This document shows positions 26,801 to 40,900 of a stretch of DNA of 64,000 bases, in pieces. A program made the translations under genes and the position numbers. The first letter of the stretch is position 1, and each line of letters starts with the position of its first letter. Location: assembly GCA_030141605.1 (NCBI GenBank), contig JAQGDQ010002366.1:628660-692659 (forward strand). The letters run 5' to 3'. A model generated the notes under the pieces. The model made no database searches. It saw only the letters and a program-made list of their open reading frames with translations, and was not told the DNA's origin. This stretch comes from Tubiluchus corallicola (lineage: Eukaryota > Animalia > Priapulida).

Positions 26801-29800
26801 TACTAAATCCTTCTAACATTTTTCGCGAACGTTGAAATAAGCCTAACCTCTTAGGAGGCTTGGCCTTTCCTATAAGATTATTATAGATTTCCTGTGCATA
26901 TCTTTACATAGTGCTTATCGGATTACATGTTTTGTTTTCGTTATCGTGTATATTTGTTTTCGCGTGTGTGATTCCATCTTTTGGACTAAAAGTCTAATGA
27001 CTGTTGTATGTATTTTTTATTTGTAGCAAATAAAATGATTTTATACAACTGTATATTAGAAATGCAATATTTTACCCTTACCAAAAGTAACATGAATCTG
27101 TTCTCAGTGAATGAACCGATGCAACCAAAGAAGCCGACCACTAAGCAGATGAAGCCACAGATGAACATGATCATGCCTCCCGTCTTCATCCAGTACATGT
27201 CTGGACTTCCAGGAACAGCTAGAATGTTAATCAGTTCCTTAGTAATAATAGTGATCATAAGGACTAGAAAACAGAGCTAAAAGTTATTCGTTTTTATGCA
27301 AAACCATTACTAAAATTAGGATATGGCCAAAAACGATTTTGGTGCTGAAATGCCACTGTGACTAATTATCGAATTTGTCTAACCCTGCCTAGGGAAACCT
27401 CTACATCACGACTTGTCATTTGTACAGTAAATTTAGTAAAAATTACATAAATACACATATTTTTCGTTAGAGTTTGAAGCACTTATTTATGGCACAACAA
27501 TGCCTTATGTTATTCAGTTTTTGTATTCAAAGTCTGCAGAGTGCGTCGTGTTGTGTAATTGTGGATGTGTTATGTCATGTTTTATTGCAGTGCGTTGCAA
27601 GTGGTTATTTCTAAAGGTATGTAGAGGAGCAACGCTGTATTCTAATGAAACGGAACTGATTTAATACATTATTTTGTTTTGTTTTGTTCTGTTTTGATTC
27701 ATTTTTATTTCGTTACGTTTCGTTATATTTAACCGTTATTTTGGTACAGGTTATTGTTTAATTTGTGCCAAACTAACAGTAAAGCAGGCTTTTCTAAACT
27801 TATAGCTTAACATAATAACTACCAATTAATTATTACATCCTAGGATAGTTTCAAAGTATCAAATCAAAAGTTAACGCACCTGAAATGTACTTTATGTATT
27901 CTAGAAATCTTACGTCACTGATTGCGTAAATTCCAAACAATGCCATCAAAATTCCAGTCATCTGCAAAAAAGTGATTACATTAACTGCTTCGTTGCATTT
28001 ACATTTGCTTCAAACAGTCGAAGCGCATGAAAAAAAATGTAAGAGAACCTAGAATCTCATAAGTTCAAAAGCGTGCTCAAAGAAATATAAAAAATTCTTT
28101 AAGCGAGCAAGTAACAAAAGTCTACGTTTTTTATGCTAAGTTCGTAATACACTATGATAATGATACCTTTTGAAGGCAGCCTATTCGGAAAAACCGTGTA
28201 ACAAATAAGTAGGGCTTTTAGTAAAGAGTAACCTGCTTTAATGGCTCAAAAAGGCTCAATTTGCGGCCAGTAAGTTCTAATGCTTCGGTCTAAGTAACAA
28301 ACAAGTTTCAGCTAAACGTAGACATTGCTACGTATCAAGATGCGTTACATAACCCCACTGGCATGAGGTTTATTCGCTCTTTCTAGTTGTTAATCAATAA
28401 TAATAATAATCTTTATTATTTAAAGTCAGCTTTTTGCTGCACAATTAACACAAGATCGAAAAATCTTTTGGACCGACTGTAAATAGTAACCTACACTACA
28501 TAACATTATTATTACACCACTTTTACCCTAAATAACACACGCCAAGCAGGACAATAGCAGTACCATTTAAAGTCTTTTGTATGACCGGCCACTGTATCCA
28601 ACTCACGACCTCCCAGACGGAAAGCAGGCGCATTACCATTAGACTAAACCGCCTGGTCTAAAGGCTATTTTTCTTTTGTTTAAATTGTCTTAGCCTTAAG
28701 TTTATTGAAATTCTAATTAACACAGAAACATTGCGAACTCGTTTCAAGGTTTCTGTTTCCCGAAGTACACATATGGAAAATACATAACCCTTATTGGCAT
28801 TTTTATTACCCTGGGGAAAAATTTAAAAATAGACAGCCCTAACTTAATACCTAAGCTAATCTGCGTTAGCATAGCATTTAGCAGACGAAGAGCACTGCTA
28901 AAGATCTTGAGTTAAAGTCGCGTTTCAAATTTAAAAAAGTTTTGACTTTCTAATATAGTATTACTTCTATAGAATTATAATTATATCAACTCTGCAATTT
29001 GTGTCGAACTGTGTGAAGGCTTAATAATTTAGCACATAGGATGATAAAGCTCTTCCAGCGCTTTGATGTGATAATTGCATTAATTAAGATTCAATTACAT
29101 TGAGATTCATAACCATCTGCGACAAGTATTGACACTCAAATAGAACAGCTTAAGATAATGAAAGCTTATTCGCTTAGTTGTAGATGTTTCATACCTGAAC
29201 AAAGGCGCAAATTACTTACAATATTACAAGATTTTTTGGAGTATTCCAATGAAAAACCTTTGAAATCAGCTTTGGCTATACAAACGTCGTATACGCATAT
29301 AAAAAATTTTGCAAGTAGTATAAAACTGAGGAGTGAAAGAACTGAATTAGATAAACCAATTTTGCGCAATTTCGCAACTTGGAATACATGTACAGGATCT
29401 GGTGACCTATAAACAGTAGATTACAGTGGTTGATAGGTTTAGGTTTTATGCTACATTACTGCGCCTAGATCAGGAGATGCTGATTTATTGGATTGTTCAA
29501 AAATAAAATGCGTTGTAGAAACACGTATGGCTTTACCTTTAATACTTATGGCTTGAATTCGATTTATGACTTTTAGAAATTTGTGTAGTGACAAAGGTGT
29601 GTAATAAGAAAGACAGTAAAAAGTGAACTTGAGAAAATTGGACAACTGAGAAAAATGGGCAGTGAAATAAGTGGACAGAGAGAGAGAGAGAATTTCACAA
29701 GTGAGAACAGTGAACAGTGAAAAAAGTGGACATGACAAAACTGGACAGTGAAAAAAGTGGACGGTGAGAAAAATGGATTGTGAGAAAAGTGATGAACATG

Positions 29801-32800
29801 TGAGTGAAGTGTAAAGTGAGGAAAGTAGATAGTGATAAATGAAAAATTGGGCAGCTATAGCTAAGCATTGGTAAAATGAGAATAGTTTCTTATACAAGAC
29901 CATAGGCTACTTATAAGAATTAGATAATGCTGATAGTTGAAATAGATGTCTTACAGATTTCAACATTGACGATGGGTACAGTTCTTTCTTGGGTTTTACT
30001 GAAAGCAAAAGAAAAAGCTAAGCTAAGGGCTTCTAGCAGCTCGTTATTTCATCTTATAAGTTGACAAATGGGTATATTTCCATCCTGCTACAATCATTAT
30101 GTAGAGCCTGCTGTAAGATATTAGACTACGGAACGCTAAACTGCATGACGAGAAGCAAGCAGTTTTTTTATTCAAAAACATTCACATGACGGTGCCTATT
30201 CTAATTAATAAGGTAAAAATAAATCAATCTAAATACATTTACAATGCGTCTACTTTTATATATATATACAGGGTGTTTCAGAAGAAACAGTGCATTGGAT
30301 CACGATGACGTCACAATTCAGAAGTCCAGGCTTCATTTTGGGTAAAATAACAAATTAAAGTTATTGCATATTCAGAGCATTATTCTTGGTTAAGGGTGTT
30401 TTTCAAAACTTCCGGCAGTTCTTTTAATACAATATCTCATTAACTGGCTTAACAGTTAACACTCAACCGCATTTGTGATTTGGTCAACATATTTGTTTCT
30501 TCTGGAACACCCTGTACGTGAAGTTCGGTCCACATTCGATCTCGCTGGCGACGCAGAAAAATTCTGTGAAGCTGAAATGGAATGTATGAATTTGTTGAAA
30601 AATGTGTCTACTAGTTAAAAGACGTAAGAATTTGTTGGAATTCTTTAGGCGTGTAAATTAGTTGTAAATTAATTACTATCTGCTGACTGTAATTAAGTGA
30701 AAAAATGGCTGATCTGCTAGATGACCGCGTGTCTCAATCTGCCTTCGCAGCTGTTGGTGTGGACTGCTTTGGTCCGTTTTTTGTCAAAAGAGGTCTTTCA
30801 GAGGTGAAGAGATACGGATGTGTCTTCACTTGCCTGAATATTCGTGCTGTTCACATAGAGGTACTACATTCCCGGAAGACCGATAGTTTCATTAATGCTC
30901 TTTTCAGATTTATTTCTTGCCGTGGGCCTCCATCTATCATCCGATCTGACAATGGCACTAACTTTGTCGGTGCAGAGAAAGAATTGAGAGCAGCAATGTG
31001 CAACTGGGATCAGCAGAAGATTGCAAATGTTCTACGGAAGCGTCAGGCACAATGGATCTTTAACACACCAGGTGCATCCCATCGTGGTGGAGCTTGGGAA
31101 AGGATGATCCGATCCATTCGCTGAGTTGCATTTTCTATATGCAGTGAGCAAAGATTTGATGATGAAAGCTTGTCTACTCTGATACTATTGTGCATGGTAG
31201 AGTCCATTATAAATGACAGGCCGATTACAACAGTATCAGATGATCCAAATGGTCTTGAGGCTCTTACTCTAAACAATTTACTGCTGTTAAGAACTGGTTC
31301 AGTACCCGTCAAGCTCTTTGATTCTTCTGACTTATGTAGGCGAAGATGGCGCCCGGTATTTGACAGACGTCTTTTGGCGGCGATGGACTCGTGAATATCT
31401 TCCGATGCTACAACAATTCCAAAACTGGGAGGAACAGAAGGAAAATCTCAAGCGTGGAGGTGTTGTTCTATTAATCGACAACACCTTGCCAAGAAACCGT
31501 TGAGAACTTGGTTGCATTGTTGATACCTACCCGGGTAATGATGGCTTGGTCCGCTCTGTGTTACTCAAGACAAAGTCGTTAACTCTGAAACGGCCTGTGC
31601 AGAAGCTTTGTCTGCTTGACCGTGCTTAGCAAACTGCTGTTTTGTGTTCCAAAATGAGATTATAGTTTAATGATTGATAAATATTTTGTTATGTTTCATG
31701 TTCTGGATAGAACATTCAAAGGGGGCGGCGTGTTGCAGGTACAAATGTTTTGGTCTATTTCCCCTTCCCAAGGTAGTATATGCATTAGAAGCCACAATAC
31801 ATTAGACTGTAGTTCTACGAGATGGACTACTTTTCTACTCTGACATTGTACTGTATAGACGAAATTTGTTACGCACACACGTCTCTGTTTCCTTTAAAAT
31901 TTGACCTGTAATTATTCTGCTACTGCTACCTTTTACTGACATTCTGGCTTTTCGTGACTCAATATTGGACCAACAAAGCATTTTAGCCTTTTAGTGTAAC
32001 ATCGTAATCTGTAGCACTTATTGCAGTAGCTTTGTAGAGGTAATAATTGTAGCTAGCCAGTAGAATTGCGCAATAACTTTGTAGACTAGAGCAAATTTGT
32101 ATTTTTGCAGAATAAACAATTTAGCTGTGGAAACGCAACACTGGTTTGAGCGTGTACATTACACTTGTTATCGAATCCGAGTGTGAGAATTATTAGTTCT
32201 GACGCTTATTATTCTTTTATTAGCACTTTGCAACTCAGCACTTGCACCGTGGAGATACCTGTTTCAGACGCAGTCTGTTTTGTAAATCCACTATAAATAA
32301 ATGAAGTTTAAACTAACTAAAATAGTTGAAAGTTACGTGGAATCCTTAGACACGCGAATTCGTTGAAACTGTATATTTTTCTAGAAAACTTGTGAAGTTG
32401 TTGGAAAGCATATGAATTGTTGAAAAGTATGGCAAGTACACAAAAGCTGTGCGAATTTCTTTGGGAGCTGTTCAGTTTATTTAGGAGTCATATGAGGTGT
32501 TGTAGACTTCCAAATCGTCCAGTCAGGGCCTGATTAACGCATGAGCAGACTAAACGCGTCTGCGGGAACCGAGACTCAGTGGGCGCCAAGCTGGCAAAAA
32601 AGTGAAAACAGATACAGTTTTAATAAAGTATGTTAACATAAACCTCAAATGAAGTTGATAACATCACTAAATGAGCCATTGTGTAATTGAAAGGTGTTAC
32701 TGATATATTCAGATCGTTTAGAATTAAACTGTTTGTTTAGTGTTTATACCTCAGTAACTAGTGACCTCAGGTGCTGTAAATGACTAATTTTTTGCTTAAT

Positions 32801-33400
32801 GTCAAACATCATACATTCTTTTCTGTAGTTGATTTATTTAATTATTAGAATTTCATTTTGATGTCAATAAATATTTCAATTGCATAAATCTTAGATATAT
32901 AGCAATACAGTTAGTTTTATATAATATATAATGTCGCATAATACGTATGCTTTTAGCCGCGAGACGCGCACGCGGTGACGCGAGGCAAAGAAGAAATGGG
33001 GGGGTGCTTGGGGCACCAATACACCTTAATTCGGCCCTGCATCCGGTTAATGGCTATGTAGTGTTCTTAGAGGATGTGTATTTTTACTTATAAACTTTCT
33101 GTGTTCTCGTTCTTTTTACATGCAAACCAGAGGAGCAAAGATAACAGTCACATTTCTACAAAGCCCTACTTAAACTAGAAATTAAATATCAGACGAATTA
33201 TTATTATTAAGTAAGTTAATAAAACTGTACAATGATTCCGGTGCACGTCTACCATCATGGCTCCCACCATTATTTAACTAGTCAGAATAAGCTAACATTA
33301 TACAAAACTATATGAGCCCATCAACAGAACTTACCCAAAAACAAAACGTGAATACCAAAAGTAGGTATTTCATCAACTTGTACGTGCCTTCGACAGCCAT
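22463..33400 (-). CDS. Tetraspanin family protein, 8 exons, ~232-245 aa
   Basis: Exons 33335..33400, 27914..27961, 27082..27276 (alternative in-frame acceptor at 27237), 25064..25138, 24296..24397, 23996..24097, 23243..23326 and 22463..22528. Motifs MKYLLLVFTFCFW (TM1), GFFGCIGSFTENRFML (TM2), MDHMQQFGRCCG, DW, PRSC, and GC before TM4. Confidence 0.9.
23348..23573. repeat. 46-bp tandem repeat, 5 copies
   Basis: Unit TTTAGCATTGCTCTGAATGTGCGTTGTGTAGCAAAATGCAGCCCCT, adjacent to the acceptor of tetraspanin exon 7. Confidence 0.92.
23713..23892. repeat. Compound trinucleotide microsatellite (ATT)n(AGT)n(ATC)n(ATT)n
   Basis: Directly visible, in tetraspanin intron 6. Confidence 0.95.
24454..24755. 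repeat. (TATTG)n-(CATTG)n pentanucleotide microsatellite
   Basis: Directly visible; explains the QYNTI/IVLYC ORFs in the track. Confidence 0.98.
25810..26043 (+). mobile_element. Possible RTE-like LINE 3' end with short-repeat tail
   Basis: LLWKP followed by a PRKRW-like motif, then an (AAGT)/(AAAG) repeat tail. Heavily decayed. Confidence 0.35.
28396..28638 (-). mobile_element. tRNA-derived SINE
   Basis: The minus strand has A-box-like GGTTTAGTCTAATGG and B-box-like GAGTTGGATAC, then CATACAAAAGACTTTAAATGGTACTGCT. A (TTA)n-type tail lies near 28396-28410. Confidence 0.6.
29615..29850. repeat. Degenerate GTGA(G)AAAAGTGGACA-type repeat tract
   Basis: Recurrent GTGAGAAAA..GGACAGTGA motifs. 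Confidence 0.6.
30269..30514. mobile_element. Tc1/mariner-type MITE, 246 bp
   Basis: 21-bp TIR CAGGGTGTTTCAGAAGAAACA / TGTTTCTTCTGGAACACCCTG (1 mismatch), flanked by TA on both sides. Confidence 0.85.
30705..31629 (+). mobile_element. BEL/Pao LTR retrotransposon remnant: degraded integrase and C-terminal (DUF5641-like) region
   Basis: VGVDCFGPF, KRYGCVFTCL..RAVHIE, SDNGTNFVGA, GGAWERMIRS, VESIINDRPIT, FWRRWTREYL, YPGNDGLVRSV...RPVQKLCLL. Internal stops (31122, 31501) and frameshifts. It lies in tetraspanin intron 1, antisense to the host gene. Confidence 0.92.
31731..32140 (+). mobile_element. Putative 3' LTR (~410 bp) of the BEL/Pao element
   Basis: Purine-rich tract AAAGGGGGCGGCG (31718-31730) lies directly before TGTTGC. 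The segment ends in the inverted repeat GCAACA (32135-32140), with AATAAA at 32111. Confidence 0.7.
32524..33039. mobile_element. hAT-like MITE, ~516 bp
   Basis: TIR CAGGGCCTGATTAA / TTAATTCGGCCCTG, degenerate 8-bp TSD CGTCCAGT / CATCCGGT, GC-rich subterminal regions. Confidence 0.75.
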
Positions 33401-34920
33401 TTTAAACACTTCTTGCAAAGGAAAACAAAAGAAAATTAAAGTTCTTTCTTTTTACTAGCGCACGATATGTGTGTGTGGTGAATAATCGACTGGCTGAGGG
33501 TAAACATAAGGGACGTAGGTTCAAGATCAAAGTCCAACAACGTATAGCAGTAATATACAGATACCTCTAATACTTCCACTAGTTCAGCTCTATGTAGGGT
33601 AACTATTTACATTCCAATGTATAAACGTAAGTCTGAAGGTACTATATAGTGTTTTGTGTACCTTTTAATCTTGGCAATAACAATCTACACTATATTCATA
33701 TTCTGCCAAAACAGGGCATACGTCAGTTCTGTCGTAGGCGTTATGAAAAAAGATAAAGCTCTTCAGTAGTAACCTGTTAGTTAAAATAAAATTAAAACGC
33801 GTTAACGTGAACGACCATCATTTTACATAATTATATGCTGATATTTTATTACATCGTGTACTTGCGATGCGTCCTTGTGAAAACGTACTTGTTTCACCCT
33901 GAAAATTTCCCTGCATTTTCCACAAATATTTTCATTTTTTTATGACAGAATTTCCTAATATAAATTTATATAAACCGGTGATTTTTGAGGAAAACCATTT
34001 TTTGCATTTCAAAGCTCGTTAAGGTTTGCTTACACGTTCATGCGGTATGTGCAGACAATTATGCTGGTGAGATATTAATACTTATTACTGTACATTTAGA
34101 TGAAATACTTATGCAAGCACATACAGCTAATGCTGCTAGATATGTCAAACTTCTGTCACCATCATATCATGAACTGATTGACACTTCAATCATGAATTTT
34201 CAAGAATTATGGCTTTGCTTTTTATTCTAGTTAAAAAGCAGTATGCGTCTCCAATACTCAGTGTTCAATAGGAGTCTATCAAAAAAATAATCAAAATTTG
34301 TTAAACTTTTTTCCCTGATGAAGCAAAAAATGATCAGTTCTCTTTTTTATACATATTGCTTGCTTCTATGCTGCAATTAACTTGCTTAACTTCACAAAAT
34401 GCAAACTATTATGCAAGCAATTTTCTAGATATGTACAATCATTTATTAGCACAATTGTTACAACAATTTTGAACATACATATAGCATATTTCAGTGTCAA
34501 TGGATTACAACTCTGTAATACATGGTTTTCAAATCATTACGTACATCATTTGACTATTTTTTACTTCATTTCAAAAAGTTATATAATAAAACGTGTGTAT
34601 GTGTGTGTGTGCGTGCATGTGTGAGTTCAAGGCTCAGTAAATACACTTTGCTTGCAAGTTGCATATCTCAAGGAATCCAACAACAGAGACACCACAAAAT
34701 TTATCACAAATAAAGACTTTTTAGCCTTCAGGCCTAACAATACACAATCTAAGAGTTTCTCTTTTAAATAAATTACAAAAATAGTTATACTTGTATCCAC
34801 ATAAAAGTTTTGTAAAACACAGCAAATTAACTGTGCTGCTCTTATTTAAAAACTGAAAATGAACTTAAAATATTTGAACTAATTTTAACAGATTCAAAGA
34901 GCAGACTATCGTATACATCA

Positions 34921-37900
34921 TCAACATTTTCTTTTGACTTCAGGACTTCCATCACAAACAGCAAGCCTGAGTTTTACAGGACACTGAAAAATTTCTATCA
35001 GTTCTGCCGTAGCTTCTTCAATGACGAGTCTAATGAGAACTCCTTCCTTGCCAATAACTTTCTTCTAAAAAAGAGAAGCATTTTCCATTACATTGTTAAT
35101 AATATCCTATTTTGTGTTTTAGTTGTTTGTGTTTTAGCTAGGAAACAATAGTGCAGCACATGCAGCATAGGAGAACTACAAACTTTACATTAACTTCTTT
35201 AATTTTTAAGCCTAACTCGAGTCGAGTGACGTTTAAGTATGAAAACTACTATTTGCACTTAGAAAGACAGGTTAATGCCAAGTTTCACACAAAAAGATAG
35301 CACCTGAATAAAGTAACAGAAACAAATGACATACTTATGATATCAACACTTTTCTCAAATTAGCTGGCAACTAATGATGTCATTAATTAATTAGAATATG
35401 ACTGTGACTGCCAGAATAGTAATAAACCATTGCAATTAATTTCAACAATTATTACCCAATGTGGGTAATGAGTTTAAGAAAGAAGATGCTGAAAAATTGT
35501 TGACTAGCTGGAATTTGATCCTGAGATCTAATTAATTAACAATTGACAAATGACATACTTCTACAAAGGTTTTGACAACTCTATTAGAGTTGGCAGTATT
35601 TTTGCCAGCATCTTTCTTAACAAAGCTTGCAAATGCATATTAGCATTAGGAAACAAAAAAAATTTTATTCATTTTTGAAATTTGCAAAAGTTTGCAGCAG
35701 TCATTAAGTAGGTACTTTTGGCACAAAAATATTTTTTTGATAAAGATGGTATTAAATTTTGCTTAGAAACTACTTATGCATCTTAATTATATTAATGTTG
35801 TTCCTAGTTATAAAGCAATAGTATATATAAATTTGAATGTTCTTGCATTTTTAATTTTACCTATTTGCACTGAGATACTCAACTAAATGGTTCAAACAAT
35901 ATATGCTTTGGATTTTTTTACACAATTCAGAATCCTACAAGCTGGAATACGCCACACAGTGGCATTCCTACTGAAATTAGGTGGTCATGGCAAAACCAGC
36001 GACTTTTCTTTCTATCAAGTCCGTGCTTCTAAGAAGAGCCAGCAAACCAGCAGAGGTATAGCAGCCACATTTGGGTGTATACAAGTTCTCCCTCTAAAAG
36101 GTAAGCAGCCTAATATGAAAGAAACGACTCACAGCGAGAATAGAAGCGTTTCACCCAACCACTTGTTGGTATCAGCTGTCAGTATCAGCCTTATCACCTA
36201 TCAGCTATCTTAACTTTAGTAGCCAAAACATAGCTGCTACCATGAATCTTGATTGACTTGGCGAAAGAAAACCCATAAAAATGCAGTTTAACTATACATC
36301 ATAAATTGGAAAAAATCGTACCACTAATCCGGAACGTGGTGCAACGACATCTACATTAATCACTAAAGTGCCTCTTTCATCTGGAACCATCAACTTAACA
36401 TCCTACAACAAACTGACTCTATTAATTAGAATAGTGGCAATTTCTTTCTTTCCTATTAATTACTAAATAAAAAACAAAGTTTTGAGGACATGTAATAGCT
36501 CACATGACAACTATATGACACATTTCATTAAAAACAATTCTGCAAATTTACATTTGAAAATTGTTTATTTTGCTTTGCTTCAAATAATAGAATGAAATAA
36601 ATGCAAAAAAATAAATAAATCATATTACGTTATGTAAAAACAAAAATTTGTTTATAAAAAAGAAAAGTACAAATTACGAACATAAACCAGCAGTTTTTTT
36701 TACAAACAAATAATGTTCTCTGAAGTCTAAATTAATAAATCCAATCGCAATCAAATTTAGGCCATTTGCTTTCTCACATTCCTAATTATTTTCAGATCAA
36801 ACAGTTCTATAGCTCTGCCTAACACGGCAAAAAACCAATTTAACAAACAAGTAATAATTATTTTTTTAAATAAAGTAATCACAAAAAAATTCATTAGAGG
36901 TGTCTGAATTTTAGAAGCAGTATGAAGATCTTACCAGTTTTAAGCAATAAGGTATTTCTTGTGGCAGCGTATCTAGTAGCTTTCCTCTTATGCACATCTC
37001 AACAATCTCTTCTGGTGCCTGATCTGTCACAAAATGCTTGTGATACAACCACTGACTGGGCAGAGCATGATCTATTAACCATTGCTACAAATATTAACAT
37101 AATTTCATAATAATGTTTAGTTGAAGGCTCAATTGTGGTTCAGCACTGCTACTGACATTTAATCTAGACAAATACAAAGCATCCAATTTGTATAAAAAGC
37201 ATAGCAGATATAAGACAAAGTAAAGTACTATCAGAAATAGTATGCTATCGCAAGACAATTATTCGTCGAAAATACATCATTAATTTGGCTTTTAATGTCT
37301 TTACACTACTACAATTCTACACTGTTATAGCAATTACGTTCAGTAATGCAGGGGCGCTTGGAAAAGTGTTCTATTGATGTGTTTTGTTTGGTTTCGACAA
37401 AGTTTGTGCTTGACAGTTCAATATATGATATACCTACTAATCAAGTTATTAAGACAAATTGACACTTTCAAATTTTTCAAACTTACAAAAAGGATTTTTA
37501 ATTTGACTCTTTGTTCAATAGCAGTATTTTGTGGGGAAATGCACGTTTCTGATTGAAAACGCATTGACAAGTTTACTAAAAGCATTGTACACTGTACATA
37601 GTGCGTGCCATTCATAAAGAGTGTTCACTGAACACTTAAGTAACATCAGAGCGGATCAATAATTTTAAGGCCTGCATATCTTAAGAAACATAGAATTAGG
37701 TGGCAACCAACTAAAAATATTTAAATTGTGTACAAGAGAGTATTTCCATAAATACCTAATATGGGCATATAACAGTCAATATATTAATTACTGAAAACAA
37801 TATCATTGGCATAGAAGTTAAACAATAATACGACTAATTTTGATGGCGTTCTTAACATGATCCCAGCTAAGCACATACTACTGAAAACAATAACTTGCAA

Positions 37901-40900
37901 TAAGTTTTATACCTTTAAATACGAAACTCCCGTACCCTCCAAAGCTGACACGTAGAAAACTTCACTAAAGAAAGGCCAACCCTTTTTGTTCAACAGCACT
38001 TTGCGCAAAATCTTTTCCTTTTCTGACAGACCTTCATTAGACTCCAAGTGAGCATCATAATCACCTAGTCTTTCAATTGGTGTTCTAAATCTATCTGTTT
38101 TCACGATCACAGGACAAGGCTCAACATTGTATAATTTTTTCAGTAACAGCATAGTCTCTTCAGAAATTTGGTTACTGTTTGCTCTGACATCAACTTCTAA
38201 AAAGTCTTGCTTTTCATTATATTTGTTTTTTTCCACCTTCAAATGTCTGTCAGCATTTTTAAAGAGATCAGACATCTGCGGTTGTTTCTGACGAGCAGCT
38301 GGGACTCCGTGAGGTTTTCCACCTACAATACCTTCCGCAAGTTTCCGGGAAATGTCCAAAGCCAGCAAATCAGACTTCAGCAAGTCTACCTGAAAACAAC
38401 ACAATGCCAAGAAATATACAAATAGGATAATATAAAAGGACATCTATGTAGCAACAGGAATACAAGAAACAAAGAAATAAAATCTGCAACAGTTTTGTTT
38501 GTGTATATGCAGTCAATGCATAAATGTTTGTGTATATGCAGTCAATGCATAAAGAATTTGAAGACTATTTTACAGCTTTTTTCTCTTGACACCTGACATA
38601 AGCAAGATTTTGCACAGCAAAGAAAAATGCCATAATGGTGTTTATTTTAATGGTTTATTTAAAGGTATTTATTTATGATATAGCATCAAATATTAGACCT
38701 TGGAAAAGGATTTATGTTGAGGACAGCCTATACTGCCAATTTTTACATGCTGAATAGTCTTTGAGTCATGAAGAAATTTATTAAGTAGCAGTCACCTTGA
38801 CCATTCTAACTCACAAATGTAGCAGATATGGTGACGCCGATCCATGACAAATGGTAATGCCATGTATTCTAGTAAATGCTTAGCATTCCTAGTATATATC
38901 AAAGGAGACCATTGGACAGACTTTTGTGTATTCGATATACTGTTTTTAAAATACACTGCAGATACAAATATAGGCAAACAGAGGAATGTATCAATAATTA
39001 ATACATGACAAGTTGGCAAAAATCAATACAGTAACAACATTACTGTGTAATTTAGAAATGCTATACACCTTGTTTAAAATTAAAACAGATTTCTTATCTT
39101 GATGTTTGCACAGCATTTGAAGAATTTTGTAATCAATACACTGTCTTCCTACAAAGTTAGAAACGTCCACTATCACAGCAACTGAAAAAGAATTATGTGT
39201 ATTTTTAGTATATATATATAAAATATAATTCATCTACTAGTTGTTAACTAAAAAGTTAAAATATTTTTTGATATTTTTGTATGCAGATCATGCCAAACAG
39301 AGCCAGAGCTATGCCACTTAAAGAGAAGCGCTACAGTTAGAAACCCAATAAATGCAAGAAAGCAATACTCAGTTTTAATCTCTAAAAAAATTTTGCACTC
39401 CACTGGGACTCGAACCAAACACCTTCCGCTTTCTGGGCAGTTATGCCAACCTAAAAATATGAGAACAGTGCAGAAAGTTGTCTTATAACTAACTGCTTAG
39501 TGGTAGATGGTATTTGATGATACTCTTCGTGAAGCAAACAGGACTGCAATAAGTGGGAAAGCAAATGCCTAGTAAAAAATTTCAACAGATAGGAAAAGTC
39601 CTAGAAAAAAATTGAATTGATATCCTGCATCTAAAAAAGGCAAGAAAAAATGAAAAGCAATAGTAAAACAAGTACCCCACGGAAACTATTGAAATCTAAA
39701 AGCCAATAAAGAAAGACCCAAATGACAGTTTCCTCCACAAAAAGCAGTGACAAAAGCAGTCTAATGTTGATGAGCAAAGAAATTATAAAATTTGACTTAA
39801 ACGAAACACAAATAAATTTGCAACTTCATTTTGTAATCTGCCAAATAAATAAATTAAAATAAAATAAAATACCAAATGAATTCCTGTAACGAATGCCCAC
39901 GCAAATTTGTAAAAATAAACAATAATTACTAGTCACAACAAAAAAGCGAATAACAACAATTTTCAACCCATTTAAATGATCAATTATAATTATCTGGTTT
40001 TACAATTACTCTAGATAAGGAGATACATTTTTGTTAAAGAAAACGAAGTGTAATTACTAAATGACTAGTTTTGTATAACCTGAACTTGAGAACAAAGCTA
40101 AATGACCACTAGTGAGGTTACTCACCAAAGACAAGTACTTTTCCTGCTAGGATGTTTAGCTTACAGCCAGGGCCATATTGTGACATTTTGGGTCCCCTAG
40201 GCCAATGAAATTATATGCCTCTCAGACGGAGCCACCCTCTAACTCGCCTGCACTCATTTTCAAAATTTTTACTAGTGATATATATTAGGGACGTTTACGT
40301 AGCTTGTAGTAAACATATTGCAAAATTCTTTACATAAACTAGAACAGCCATCTTTTGTTTGTGAATAAAATATACTTTAAGAAATGTTACCATTTTACTA
40401 TTTATTGGAAACCATACTACCACATATTTCAACACAGCCATAGTGGAAAAACAGATTTGTTACCAAAGCTTGAGGGGCCCTGGGGATACTAGCCCATAGG
40501 AGTTGATATGGCCCTACTTACAGCTTTTTTGAAAAACCCAACGAGGCTTGAGGTCTTTCCAGCCAAATGTAGAAGCAGTGTCAAGAGCTAGACATTCTAC
40601 TAACTGCACTATACTACTAGGATGATATGAAGAACAAATAATTATGAACCTTGAACAGAGTTTAGTAAGAAATAAGTCAAAGCAAATAAGATGGTGCAAA
40701 ATTTCTCAAAAAAATAAAATGGTTCACAAATTTGAAAATATTAAACTTACCCAAATCAGCTTCATTTAACGATGCTTCCGGATCGTCAACAACTGAATTT
40801 TCCAAGTTGTGTCTGTCGATAAAAAATTAATTATATTATGTAAAAGATAATTCATTCAACATTTCGACAAGCTGCCAATTCCAAAATACACGTTTTCTAG

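Noticed and set aside
37990-38370. Long insertion between G4 and G5 of ERAL1 as a novelty
   Set aside because: An insertion at this position is a known feature of metazoan ERAL1.
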